DNA from: Prevotella phage Lak-B5
Sequence record: MK250024.1
Direction: 5' to 3' (one strand)
DNA length: 40,000 bases
Position 1 is the stretch's first letter, and every line of letters starts with the position of its first letter. The notes beneath the pieces were generated by a model. That model searched no databases and had not been told where the DNA came from. It worked only from the letters and a program-made list of their open reading frames with translations. This document shows positions 22,287-33,520 of the stretch, in pieces. The position numbers and the translations under genes were made by a program.

Positions 22287-24125
22287 TTATGAAAATATTA
22301 TATATTTAACTTTTACAGGAATATCATTAGGATTATATACTAATAAACTCTATAATAAATTTTTAATAGGTAATTGTTTATCATCATCTTTACCTATTAG
22401 CATATATCCATCACCAACTCTTAACCATAAATCATTAGAAGAAAGATATTCCATGTACTTATATAATCCTATGATATTTTCTTTCATTCCGTCATGTGAA
22501 TCAACAAATTTAATATTTGTTTTATTAGGATTATTTTCCCACATATCATTATCTTCACTATTTACATTAGCATCTATATACATATCTGGATTATGATACT
22601 TTATAGATTCACCTTCAAATTGTTGTCGTTCCTAACTTGCAGGAAATCTATAGAAATTATCATTTATATTCTAATTACTATCATATCCAGGAATATATAA
22701 GTTATCAAAACTATTTGTAAATCCGTCATTAGATGAAATGTCATTTAACGGTAAATTATTATAATCTTCTATATATTGTTTCTTTTCATCTGGTATCAAA
22801 GCATTTATTTGAACAGTTGCTAATGCTTTTTCAAATAACATGGTTTTCTTCTATGAACGAATCTAACCACCAAAATATGAATTCAATATAGGTAATGGAA
22901 CAGGTATACAAATCTCTACCTAATCTGCAACATGATTTACCCATAATACACTTGTATCATAATCTTCATCATCAGGCCAATTAGGAATCAAAACAATACC
23001 TCTCATAGATCCATTAGGGTATTTCACGCATCCTATTCTCTTATTTAAATCTTCATAACAATTAGATGGTCCCATTGCATTTTTCATTTTAAATATAAAT
23101 GATTTTATTTCATCTAATATTTTTACAATATCATATATATTATAATAAGAAAAAACTCCTGTAAAATATTTCTTATAAATTTCTGGGTACTTCTATATAA
23201 TAATATCATGAAATTTCTTTGAAAATATTAATATACCATTCTATTCAAAACATGGTAAAAAGAATCTCTTTATAACATCTATTTCATATACAAATGTATT
23301 GAAATCATCTAATATAATATCACTTAATTTAAGAAATCCTCTATAAATATCACATTCAATTCTATAATTATTATCAGATGCATTTTTTACTCCCGATAAT
23401 CTTGGTTTATATTTTTCCAATAAACTGATAATTAAATCTTTTGTTATTTCTGGTTCTACAAAAGGAGAATCTTCAAACTCACCAACTTCGCCTTTATTAT
23501 TTTCGTCATTCCTACATATAGGAATGATTTTCACATTACGAACGATAAAGTCATATCCTTCTTCTGTACTTTCAAAATTAATATAGTCTATTTGTGAATC
23601 TGAGGTATCTACATCGTCATAAATTTTGATTGATATAGAAACAGGTACCTTTAACTTATTTAATTGATTCTGGACCAAAATTACAAATGTTCCATAAGTT
23701 TCTCTTACAGTAGATGAATCGACATGAACATTACATTTTTTATTATTCTACTTATAAAGAATATCAAACCCTATATTACAATAATTCTCGTAATCTTCTG
23801 TTGTTGATATAATTTCATTAATTAAGAAAAACTATGATTTATATGTTTCTCCATATTCATTTCCCTGAAGGAGATATGCTGAATGTGGTTGGAGAATTTT
23901 TGTCTCAACATTATATTGTGTTATACCAGCGGCATGAATAGTAGACATATCTATTGAAGCTAAAATATCTCCGTTTGAATCTGTTATCTATCCTTGTGAA
24001 CCTGATATATCAAATGATGTGTCATCTTCATTTATAGAAGATGAACACTTATAACCTGAATCTGCTACACTGTTATCTCTTGAATATAATTGATAAAATA
24101 AATTCTTATTCTTTGTTGTTGCCAT
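22287..24125 (-). CDS. Hypothetical, probable structural protein (612 aa, table 15)
   Basis: ATG 24125 (MATTKNKNLFYQLYSRDNSVADSGYKCSSSINEDD...) to TAA 22287-22289. Joins the 145-aa and 77-aa track fragments through several TAGs (plus-strand CTA 23241, 22632, 22671, 22350). Confidence 0.8.
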
Positions 24126-24140
24126 TTCTGGTATATATAA

Positions 24141-24159
24141 ATTTCTTTTTATATTTATT
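24141..24159 (-). promoter_or_regulatory. Candidate promoter motif AATAAATATAAAAAGAAAT (minus strand)
   Basis: 34 nt upstream of ATG 24125; same 19-mer as 10682-10700. Confidence 0.65.
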
Positions 24160-24166
24160 AAAATTA

Positions 24167-24201
24167 AAAAATGGAACCTATATTAAAATAAGTTCCATTT
24201 T
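24167..24201 (-). terminator. Terminator of the tape-measure transcript
   Basis: AAAATGGAAC / GTTCCATTTT stem; on the minus strand it is followed by a T-rich tract. Sits 14 nt beyond the stop at 24215. Confidence 0.65.
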
Positions 24202-24214
24202 ATATAATATATTA

Positions 24215-27200
24215 TTATGCATTCTTAAAGAAACCGTCTATCGTAGTATTCTTAAAATAGAATGTAACTCTACCTTGCATAGGCATGTTATTACCGTAAT
24301 AATTATGGTTTGTATTGCCTGGTCTATTTGACTGATGAATACCTTGTTGTTGAGTAACAACTCTATTACCTGGTTGAACAACTTGATGTTGCTATGTATT
24401 ACCTTGTGACTTATTAGTATTACTTGGTGTATTTGTAGTAATAAGGTCAAGTAATTCTCTAATACCATCAAATCTACTAAGAATCTTATTCTCATCAAGA
24501 CTTTCAAATGCAAAGCGCATTCTATCTACGGCAGTCGCTATATTATTAACTTTATTAGCAAACTCTTGCAATGCTTGATTACGTTTCTTTTCATTATTAA
24601 TAATCTAATCATCTAATGCTTTAAGTGCTTTACGAGCAGATTCAAGCTTTGTCGTATATATTTCTACTTTAGATGTTGTTACCTAAATCTAAGATGTAAA
24701 TGTTTTTAACCTTGATGTATAAGTTCTTAATGAACCAGAAGTTACGTTCATATTTCTGTTTATTTCAGGAGACGTTAATCTCTTTATATTATTAATGAAC
24801 ATATCAATATGAAGGCCTAACTATTTCTAACTATTCATTTCTCTTGAAAGATATATCATCTTCTCTGCAATTTCAAGATAAAGATCCATAAACTAACCTG
24901 TTGTTTGAAAATTAACTTTTTCTGAATTATTAGATAATGATCTCATCTATGATTCCATCTTTGTTAATACAGTTCCGAACTAAGATACAATGGATGATGG
25001 TTTAACTTTATCATTATATGTAAGTTGATTTATAATCTTTCTATATACACTGGCAATCTGATAAACGCCATCTACGAATTTCTTTGCATCTTTTGTACTC
25101 TATATAGATGTTTCGAATATCTTACTTGAGTTACTGAAATATGTTGCTAACTATGTCAATACAGATGTAAATTTAGTCGCAACTTCACTACCTTGTGATA
25201 ATACTTTCCCTTGATCATCTGTCATCGCTTTGATAATTTTAGATAAAGAATCTACTGATTTTTTAATAGTTCCCATTACCTACATAACTATTTTTGCAGT
25301 TGATTGAATCTTATTATATTTCTCCATATTTTCTTTAGTAGAAAGATTATCAGAAATAATAGTAATAAAATCTACAAATGCATTAGCGATATTTTTAGAT
25401 ATTGTTCTAATAAAATTAGGTTGTAAACACAAATAATCTTTAGACTATGCTGTTGTTCCTTTCTTATTAGATGTTAATCCTAAGAATGGTTTTAATGTTG
25501 CTGAGAAATTTTTAACTGCAGTCATTATAGGATTTATAGTATTCTTTATAATATCTGCAATAGATTCTGCTTTTTCTATAAAACCTTCATTTGCAAAACT
25601 TTGTACAAGATAATTTATAAATTCTACAAACATTCTGCCAACTTCTCTTGCAGCCTATGTAAATGCTCCTTTTTTAAGTTTCTTAGTAATAGGTATTAAT
25701 TTACCATCTTTATCTTTTTCATAATGATCTACATAAACGCCGGTAGCTAACTTTAATATTGCATCTACATATTTTCCTAATCCTTCCATAACAGGTCCAA
25801 CAGAACCACCTATTGCATTTAATGCATCCTCTGTTTTATTTCCCCAAAAAGAACCATGTCTTTCAAATACTGTAACTAACTCATCTATAAAAATACCAAA
25901 TGTAGTTGCTACCGAAATAGCTGCATTTAAGAAGTCATCCGGTGTTACTTTAGCTAAATGTGGAACTGTATAATTACCGTCTTTATCTTGCATATAGTAA
26001 TCTGTATATGTTCCTGTTGCTAGTTTCATTATTGCATCAACAAATTTACTAACACCATCCATAATAGGCATAATAGAATCTTTCATTGCATCCATTGCCC
26101 ATATCATATTAGGTTGTAATTGTTTAAATGATGTCCCAAGCTATTCTATAAAATTACCAAATGAAGCTGATACAAATATAGCAGATGTAAAGAATATAGA
26201 AGGGTCAACCTCTTCATATTCAGGTTTACCATTTTTATCATATCCTGTTACTATTTGCATCGTTGCAACTTTAATAACTGTATCAACAAATTTAGAAACT
26301 GCATCCATAACGGGTTCCATTACCTATCCAACAGTAGATATTGCTAACATTGCATTAACTGACATCTTATCAAACGCGTCACTTAAACATTGTAAAAATA
26401 TGCTAAACTATACAGATATAGCAAGAGCTGCGTTACTAAATTCTGTTGCTGTTAATTTCTTATATATTGGGTTCTTCTTATTATCATATCCTATAATATA
26501 TGTTCCTGTTGCTAGTTTCATTACAACATCTACAAATTTTCCAACAGTATCAATAATAGGATTAAGCGCTAATGTTAACACGCTTAATACAACAAGTTTT
26601 AAAGCAACCATTGCGTTAAATCCGGCACTTAATTTAGAAATAAATGTTGTAAATCCATTTGTAACTGCTTCTGCTGCCTATTCAAATACAGTTGCTGGTA
26701 AATGTTCATACATAGGTTTACCATTATCATCATATCCTGCTATATAATTCATTGTAGCAACTTTCATTATAATATCAATATATTTTGATATTGTATTTAA
26801 TATAGGTCTTAATGCTAATGAAATAACTAATGCCATTTCAGTTCCATTAAAACCGCTAAATGCTTTAACAATAGCTTGCATAGAACCTAAAACACTATTT
26901 TTATCATCATTACCTTTACCTATCATCAATTCAGAAAATGTTTGAATCATCTTAGCATTACATATTTCTGTTATATATTTCATCTCAGAAACAGTTAATG
27001 CTAATACACCAAATACTGCCATAATAATAGGTGAAAAAGCTGCTGCCGCTGTTGCCTATACCATCTATACAGGATTTGGAGCTGCTGCTTTTATAACATC
27101 AAACATTACTTCAAATAATGTTACTGCAGTCTCCCCTGTTTTTTTAAGTTTCTCAGTATTATATGGTAACATTAATTCCAACGCTTTCATGAATAATATC

Positions 27201-30184
27201 ATGGTTCCTGTTACAACAGTCATCACACCTGCAATTGCCGTCATTACTACAGCACCTAATGTAATAAATGGAAGAATAGGCGTCATCGCACCTAATGCAG
27301 TCATAAATGTTCCCATAATAGTTAACAAACCTATCATTGTAGCTGCACCTAAAAATACTGCGCCACCTTTATTTAAATCATCAATTTTCTTTGCTTCCCA
27401 TGCGAATAAAACCATTGTTCCTCCAACAATATCCATCACTGCACCAATAGCGGACATAACAATACCACCTATAATAGTATCTGGTAAAAATTTCTCTAAT
27501 TTAGAAACACCGTACATTACCAAACCCATTAGACCTAAAACACCTGCCATAACAGCAGCACCTAAAAATACTGCACCACCTTCATTTAATTCTAATATTT
27601 TCTTAGATTCTATTGCAAATGCTAAACATGCAGCCCCTGTTACTAACATAACTATTGCAACTGCAGTCATAATAACTGCACCAACTGCTAATTCAACTGC
27701 ATACTTATCTGCGAATTTTCCTATAAAGAATAATACAGTTCCAAATATCGCTAATGTTCCTATCACAACACCTGCACCTATTAATGCGTCGTCCCACATT
27801 TTACCAATAGGAATCAATATATCTTTAACAATCAATGATATACCTAATAAAATAAATGCCATTGCCGCTGTTGCAAATATTGCATATGCTGCTTTCTTAC
27901 CATCTACTTTAGCCAAGAAATAAGTACCTGCAATAAGAGTAATAATAATGAATAATGTAATACCCATTCCTATACCGGCTTCTTTACCATTCTAACCTAT
28001 AGGAATAAGTAAATCTTTTGTAATCAATGCAATACCCATATAAATAATTGCGAGAGTAGCGGTTGCAAGAACACCCCATAAAGCATCTTTACCTTTTACC
28101 ATATTCAATACATAAACGCCTGCAACTAATCCTGCTATTATAAACATTGTTACTATTGCACCTAAATAAACTTCAGGTGCTTTCTTTCCAATAGGTATTA
28201 AAAACGCAACAGATATAATAGCAACCAATGCAAACACAGCAGATATTTTAATAAGATTATTTACCCCTCTATCTATACGTTTACCATGTTTATCTAATGA
28301 TTTAACTGCAAATATGCCTAATGCTATAATAAAAGATATAACCAACGCACCTTTTGATACATCATCTAATCTCTTGCCAATAGGTGCCAATAATGTTGCT
28401 GACACCAAAGCTATAATTGCAAATACAGCAGAAATCTTTAACATTGCATCTGTAGCGTATGTTAATTTCTTATTACCTATTTTAGACAATTTATTAACAA
28501 TGAAAATAGTTCCAGCAGTAAATAAAGTAAGTATTCCTATAGATGCAAGTATAGTTTCCGTACTATTATTTTTAGCAGTTAACGATAATAATAACATTGA
28601 TACAGATAATGACATAATCATTATTCCAATACCAGTTAAAACACCCTGTACATTTTTAAGACTCTTATCTAATTTCTTCTCTGATAAATCTTCTATCAAA
28701 CTCTTAAATCCAGAAACAGCAACTCTCATAACAATTAAACTTGCAATCACTGCAGTTAATCCAACAATCTTAGTTACAATAGATAATCCTATAATAATAC
28801 CGCCTATCATACCTATTGCTGAACTTAAACTTCTTATTATAACCTATGCTCCTTTTACATCTTTAACTTTTAATTTTTTAGCTAAATCTGTAATAGTATT
28901 CTTCATGAATTTAATCAAATACCTAACTACTAAAACAGATTCAATTATTGTTTTAAAAGATGTTATCTTTATAGTTAAAGCAATGAATACAATACCGTAT
29001 AATAATGTTTTCAATGCATTATTCCATGCATTCATAAAAGATGATAAAACTTTAACTTGTTTTACATCCCATTTTTCTTTTAATATTGTGTTAAAGAAAT
29101 CTACTATTTTCTATGCACGTTTCTGTGTTAATGATTTTACAGCAAACATGAAATTAAGAATCTATATCTTCTTAATATCAAATATTACATTTAATAACTA
29201 TACCATACTATTAACAGTTTGCGCAACCGTTTTATTGTCTGGTATTTCCGTTGCAAATGCGACAAAGAAACTCGCAAGCATTTTAGCAGTAATAGGATTC
29301 AATACCTTCATTACTTTAAATATAGAAAACTTCTATTCAGGATCTGCTATCTTTACTAACGGATCTAATATACCACCAATATACTTAACATTCTCACTTA
29401 TTTCTTTTCCTTTTAAATATTTAGCGATCTATCCTATGAACTAACCTAATTGTCTGCCTAATAACCAACCTCTTATAGGATTAAGACTTATCTACATTTT
29501 AAAAACATTTGATGTTACCAATGCGGATAATCCTCCCATCAAGTCTCCAATGGGTTTAATTATTTTTTGAATATCTTTATTTTTTAATTTCGTTTTACTA
29601 ATAGACGAAACTAATGCAGATATAAATTTGCCTAAACGTTGTGCAGTTTTAACGTCAAGCTTTCCAATATTTTCCTATAACTTAATCATATCAAGAGCAA
29701 CAAGTTTGGACATTGTTTCAACAACTGCTTTAATTATACCGACACTTCGTCCTACTGATTTAGAATTCTATATTGTTAACCCTTGTATAAAATCAACTAT
29801 TTTTTTTGCACCTTCTGCATTTATTTCTGTCATTTTATTAATAGCTTTCAGAAAACTATCAATATTTGTAAATGTATTGTCATCAACTTTAAGACTTGAT
29901 AAAACTGTATTTACATTTCCTATAGATGTGGCAACTTTATTCAAAACATCATTGTCAATCTATTCCATGGATACAAGTCCTTTTGACAACTTCTCCAACT
30001 ATTCTCCAACAGTTGCTGCTGATTCCTCTTTAGCTGTCTCAACGATACCCTATAACAAACTGACTATAGTAGAATCAGCTTTCTGTTCAATAGTTTCTTT
30101 CTTTTTCTCCTATTGCTGACTTACCATAGTGTCCAAAATATTAAATATACCGTTAAGTGCTTCTTCTGAAGACATTTGTGCCAT
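24215..30184 (-). CDS. Tape-measure-like protein (1989 aa, table 15)
   Basis: ATG 30184 (MAQMSSEEALNGIFNILDTMVSQQQEKKKETIEQKADS...) to TAA 24215-24217. Minus-strand fragments 25445-25633, 25655-26107, 26408-26611, 26678-27022, 27065-27967, 27992-28810 and 28844-29035 are all in one frame, separated by TAG. Long helical regions, a large hydrophobic segment and internal repeats; the size and architecture are those of a tail tape-measure protein. Confidence 0.8.
25680..26850 (-). repeat. Five ~80-aa internal modules in the tape-measure-like protein
   Basis: IDIIMKVATMNYIAGYDDNGKPMYEHL / VDVVMKLATGTYIIGYDNKKNPIYKKL / VDTVIKVATMQIVTGYDKNGKPEYEEV / VDAIMKLATGTYTDYYMQDKDGNYTVPHL / VDAILKLATGVYVDHYEKDKDGKLIPI, spaced ~235-260 nt apart. 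Confidence 0.85.
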
Positions 30185-30207
30185 ATCGTTTTAATGTAAT
30201 TTAATTT

Positions 30208-30567
30208 TTACTTAGATGTTGTTTTCTTCTTCTGAACAACATAAACAGATTTATCTTTTAATGATTTTACTGTATATATAATACCGGAGTTTTTATCATA
30301 TAATGTTCCATATTCATAAGCCTTATTATTGTCACCATCTTTAATAGATGTTTTTATCCATTTATCATATTGAGGTAATGAATCTGACATAATTAAAGAA
30401 TCTAATTGAGTAGAATTTAATGTATCATTATTCATTGTACGTACGGATGTAATAGCAACTGAATATACAGAATCTTTTACCTAATTATTATTCTTTGTAC
30501 CACATGAATTAAATGATACCATAAGGCTCAATAAAGAACCAACTAAAATATACTTTAAACTTTTCAT
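30208..30567 (-). CDS. Predicted lipoprotein (119 aa, table 15)
   Basis: TAG (CTA 30481-30483) read as Gln extends the track's 75-aa ORF to ATG 30567: MKSLKYILVGSLLSLMVSFNSCGTKNNNQVKDSVYS... This is a basic N-terminus, hydrophobic stretch and Cys with a Bacteroidota-like lipobox. Confidence 0.75.
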
Positions 30568-30597
30568 ATTTTAAGTTTATTTAACTAAATATTTAAT

Positions 30598-30606
30598 ATA
30601 TTTATT
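30598..30606 (-). promoter_or_regulatory. Candidate promoter motif AATAAATAT (minus strand)
   Basis: 38 nt upstream of ATG 30567, in a divergent intergenic region. Confidence 0.4.
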
Positions 30607-30673
30607 TTTAGAATATAGACTATATCATTATATTAATATATAATTTATTATAAGTAAAACTATATATTCAAAT

Positions 30674-31183
30674 ATGGCAAGAAAAAAGAAAGACAATGAT
30701 GAAGAAGTTGAAAAAATAAAAACTCCTAAAGCTATTGGTCCATATGACATTATATCTATGATGTTTACTAATTTTGAAGGATTCAATAAATTATCTAATA
30801 CTATATTAGATAAGAATTTCTTTATGATTAATAGAGTATTCAGTATTAAATATCCTTTACAAGGTGCATTATTTAATAGATTGAATATTAATACGGCAGG
30901 TGTTATTAAATCATGGGCAATGTTTATATCTAATAAAGAAGGATATGGGCGTGTGCCTTATTTTGTATATACAAAAGGTGCGAAAAAATCAGCAGTTTCA
31001 ACATCAAAAACTGATAAATTAGATAAAGAATTAATTAAAGAATATTGTAAACGTTATAAAATTAATCTAAAAGATTTCGATATGTTAAATTCATTATATC
31101 ATGATGAATTAATTAATGATGTTAAACGATATGAAAAATTAATTTCTATTAAAGAACAAGAAAAAAATATTACAAAAAAATAA
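30674..31183 (+). CDS. Hypothetical protein (169 aa); possible clamp-loader small-subunit-like (T4 gp62-type)
   Basis: Intact ORF without TAG. KNFFMINRVFSIKYPLQGALFNRLNIN...YFVYTKGAKK followed by a helical ELIKEYCKRYKINLKDFDML tail resembles phage clamp-loader small subunits. The function is from memory of motifs; the ORF itself is confident. Confidence 0.45.
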   Translation: MARKKKDNDEEVEKIKTPKAIGPYDIISMMFTNFEGFNKLSNTILDKNFFMINRVFSIKYPLQGALFNRLNINTAGVIKSWAMFISNKEGYGRVPYFVYTKGAKKSAVSTSKTDKLDKELIKEYCKRYKINLKDFDMLNSLYHDELINDVKRYEKLISIKEQEKNITKK

Positions 31184-31201
31184 AAATCATAATAAACAAA
31201 A

Positions 31202-31831
31202 ATGATGAAAATTTATCCACAAGATTTAGTTAAGTCAATTCAAAAAGTAATTGACTCAGGTAAAGTTGAAATTACAACTTTTAAGGATTACAATGAGAAT
31301 TTTATTAAAGAAATAAATTCATGTGAGATACATATTAAATTTACTATTGATAGTAATGACAAACGAGATGCAATTATAATTATTAATAATTCAGATATTA
31401 CATCTCAATTTATTAATACATGGAGGACATCAGCACCAGGTAAATTTATGGGTCGTGATTTTAAGAAAAATAATAAAGATTTTATTGGAAACACTCTTTA
31501 TCATGTAGTTAAGTTTGAACTTAATGGAGAAAAAATGATGATATTGGTTCGACTACTTAATGAGATTACTCAAGATTGTACAGTAGAGGAAACAAAAGAA
31601 CTTATTGAAGAATATGGTGACCTTACAATTAGTGGAAAAATCTTTTCCCTTATTAAAATTGTAAGAGATAACAATAGAGATGGATGGAATTCATGGGATC
31701 GTTATAAATCACGTGATAATAATTATCATATGAACCTTTATGAATCTTCATCATACATTGATGAAACAGATAATGACAATGACAATGAAGAAATTTCAGA
31801 TGATTCTAGTGAATCTGAACCTTTATTTTAA
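31202..31831 (+). CDS. Hypothetical protein (209 aa), acidic C-terminus
   Basis: Intact ORF without TAG; C-terminus SSSYIDETDNDNDNEEISDDSSESEPLF; stop overlaps the next ATG (TAATG). Confidence 0.75.
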   Translation: MMKIYPQDLVKSIQKVIDSGKVEITTFKDYNENFIKEINSCEIHIKFTIDSNDKRDAIIIINNSDITSQFINTWRTSAPGKFMGRDFKKNNKDFIGNTLYHVVKFELNGEKMMILVRLLNEITQDCTVEETKELIEEYGDLTISGKIFSLIKIVRDNNRDGWNSWDRYKSRDNNYHMNLYESSSYIDETDNDNDNEEISDDSSESEPLF

Positions 31832-32880
31832 TGATTAAAGATATATCACAAATAAAGGATAAATCTGTTAGTTTTATAAAGGAATTTATTAATAACTGTA
31901 CAATAGAAGAAAAAATAGATGCTCATTATGTCATTGTTGAGATAACATCTAAACAACATATTACTATTAAAAAAGCAAATGGAAAAATAGTTGATAGAGT
32001 TGATATGATATTAAACAATATGTGGAGTCAATTAGTCACTGATTGGAATTTTATTAAACTTGCTAATCAGGAGTTTTTTAACACACATATTGGATATAAT
32101 ATATCGATGTTTTATTTTCCTAATAATAAGCCTTTACTGACAGAATATCCAGATAATATAAAATATCTTATAGATAGAATTACATATAATGACGAATTAA
32201 TTAATGTAGATTCATTTGTAAATAAATTGAAATTAAAAGATAAGTTCAATATTCATATTAAACATAATTTAACAAAGAATTTATCAAATGAAATAGATAC
32301 CATTAATAAAATTAACGGTGATAGAAAATCAGATATTAATTATAAGTTATTATTTCAAAATATAATTGATAGATCTACATTATTAGCAAAAGAGCCTGAA
32401 GGATTTATTTATAAATGGAAAAAGAATCTCTATCAGTTAACATATTATGATAGAGAAAAAATAATTCCAGAAAAAACTCAATATGAATATTTGCTTTGTG
32501 ATTTTGTATCTTATTGTAAGTCACATAATTATCAAGATAAGATTCATCATAGTTATGTAAAAACCGTATGTTCTTTATTCAATGATTATATAATTAATTG
32601 GGAAGAGGTAAATCATAATATTGAAAATAATATAGATATAAACAGTATTCAATCACCATCATTAGGAACGACTTTTGATATGGGATATGAATATATACCT
32701 GATATTATTACAATGAATTTATGCAAATCAAATGAATTATATAAAAGTATATTTAAAGTATTATTAGCGAACCTTCGTAGAGGAAAAGATAATAGTAAAT
32801 GTATATACATGAATAAGAAACAAGTTGATGATTGGAATATTATAATGAAAAATATTAAGATTAGAACTTTAACTATTTAA
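31831..32880 (+). CDS. Hypothetical protein (349 aa)
   Basis: Intact ORF without TAG, translationally coupled to the upstream gene. Confidence 0.8.
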   Translation: MIKDISQIKDKSVSFIKEFINNCTIEEKIDAHYVIVEITSKQHITIKKANGKIVDRVDMILNNMWSQLVTDWNFIKLANQEFFNTHIGYNISMFYFPNNKPLLTEYPDNIKYLIDRITYNDELINVDSFVNKLKLKDKFNIHIKHNLTKNLSNEIDTINKINGDRKSDINYKLLFQNIIDRSTLLAKEPEGFIYKWKKNLYQLTYYDREKIIPEKTQYEYLLCDFVSYCKSHNYQDKIHHSYVKTVCSLFNDYIINWEEVNHNIENNIDINSIQSPSLGTTFDMGYEYIPDIITMNLCKSNELYKSIFKVLLANLRRGKDNSKCIYMNKKQVDDWNIIMKNIKIRTLTI

Positions 32881-32887
32881 TAAATAT
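32879..32887 (+). promoter_or_regulatory. Candidate promoter motif AATAAATAT
   Basis: ATAAATAT begins 34 nt upstream of ATG 32914; overlaps the TAA of the preceding gene. Confidence 0.5.
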
Positions 32888-32913
32888 ATAAAATTAAATA
32901 TTTTTATAGAATT

Positions 32914-33180
32914 ATGACCCATATTCATTATAATATAACAAGTACACATGTTAATCCAGAAATTCCAGGTGATAATATAGAAATTCATGAACCAAAGGAA
33001 AAACCGGTTGAGAAAATACCTGGTTGGATGCATGTAGATCCTATAAGTACATAGATAGATTTAGAATCTGTTGCTTATCAATTATCAGATTATAAATTTA
33101 CACCAGGGTTTAAAGTTACGGTAGATGATTTACTTCATCCAAAACCTTTAGATTATGAGGCAACACCTAAATTTAAATAA
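32914..33180 (+). CDS. Hypothetical protein (88 aa, table 15), absent from the supplied track
   Basis: MTHIHYNITSTHVNPEIPGDNIEIHEPKEKPVEKIPGWMHVDPISTQIDLESVAYQLSDYKFTPGFKVTVDDLLHPKPLDYEATPKFK; one in-frame TAG; TAA 33178-33180 followed directly by a terminator. Confidence 0.75.
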
Positions 33181-33183
33181 ATG

Positions 33184-33215
33184 AAAGAGGAATAACAAGC
33201 AAGTTATTCCTCTTT
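33184..33215. terminator. Bidirectional terminator between convergent genes
   Basis: Perfect 13-bp stem AAAGAGGAATAAC / GTTATTCCTCTTT followed by T run. Confidence 0.85.
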
Positions 33216-33228
33216 TTATATTCTATAA

Positions 33229-33510
33229 TTAAATAGAATAATTAATATTCATAATATCAAAAAGTTGATTAAGATGATCTGTTGTTTGAACTTCTACAGA
33301 TGCAACAGTATTATGTTCATCATTATCAATAATACATGTCCAATTTCTTCCTACCATATTTGTTTGTAAATTATGAATAGTTATTGTAAATGTATGATTA
33401 AGTTCTCCTACAGTTTTATAAAAGTAATCTGCTTCATCAAAATCTGCAAAACCTTTATCATGATTATATTCAAATTTATGAAATAAAAGTAAATCCTTTG
33501 TAATATCCAT
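33229..33510 (-). CDS. Hypothetical protein (93 aa)
   Basis: Intact ORF, tightly packed with minus-strand neighbours. Confidence 0.7.
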   Translation of the reverse strand: MDITKDLLLFHKFEYNHDKGFADFDEADYFYKTVGELNHTFTITIHNLQTNMVGRNWTCIIDNDEHNTVASVEVQTTDHLNQLFDIMNINYSI

Positions 33511-33520
33511 GTTTAATTAT

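Noticed and set aside
24238-24513. 91-aa minus ORF MHLKVLMRIRFLV...
   Set aside because: Out of frame with the tape-measure C-terminus, which reads ...QPGNRVVTQQQGIHQSNRPGNTNHNYYGNNMPMQGRVTFYFKNTTIDGFFKNA once TAG is Gln.
28314-29444. 376-aa plus-strand ORF (also 27189-27923, 29628-30119 and 26400-26747)
   Set aside because: All lie antisense to the continuous tape-measure-like reading frame. Their composition mirrors the opposite strand and there is no promoter or terminator logic.
31831-32880. 349-aa protein as a degenerate nucleotidyltransferase/ligase (EEKIDA resembling a KxDG motif)
   Set aside because: Only one weak motif-like string, with Ala in place of Gly and no other ligase motifs I can identify; left as hypothetical.
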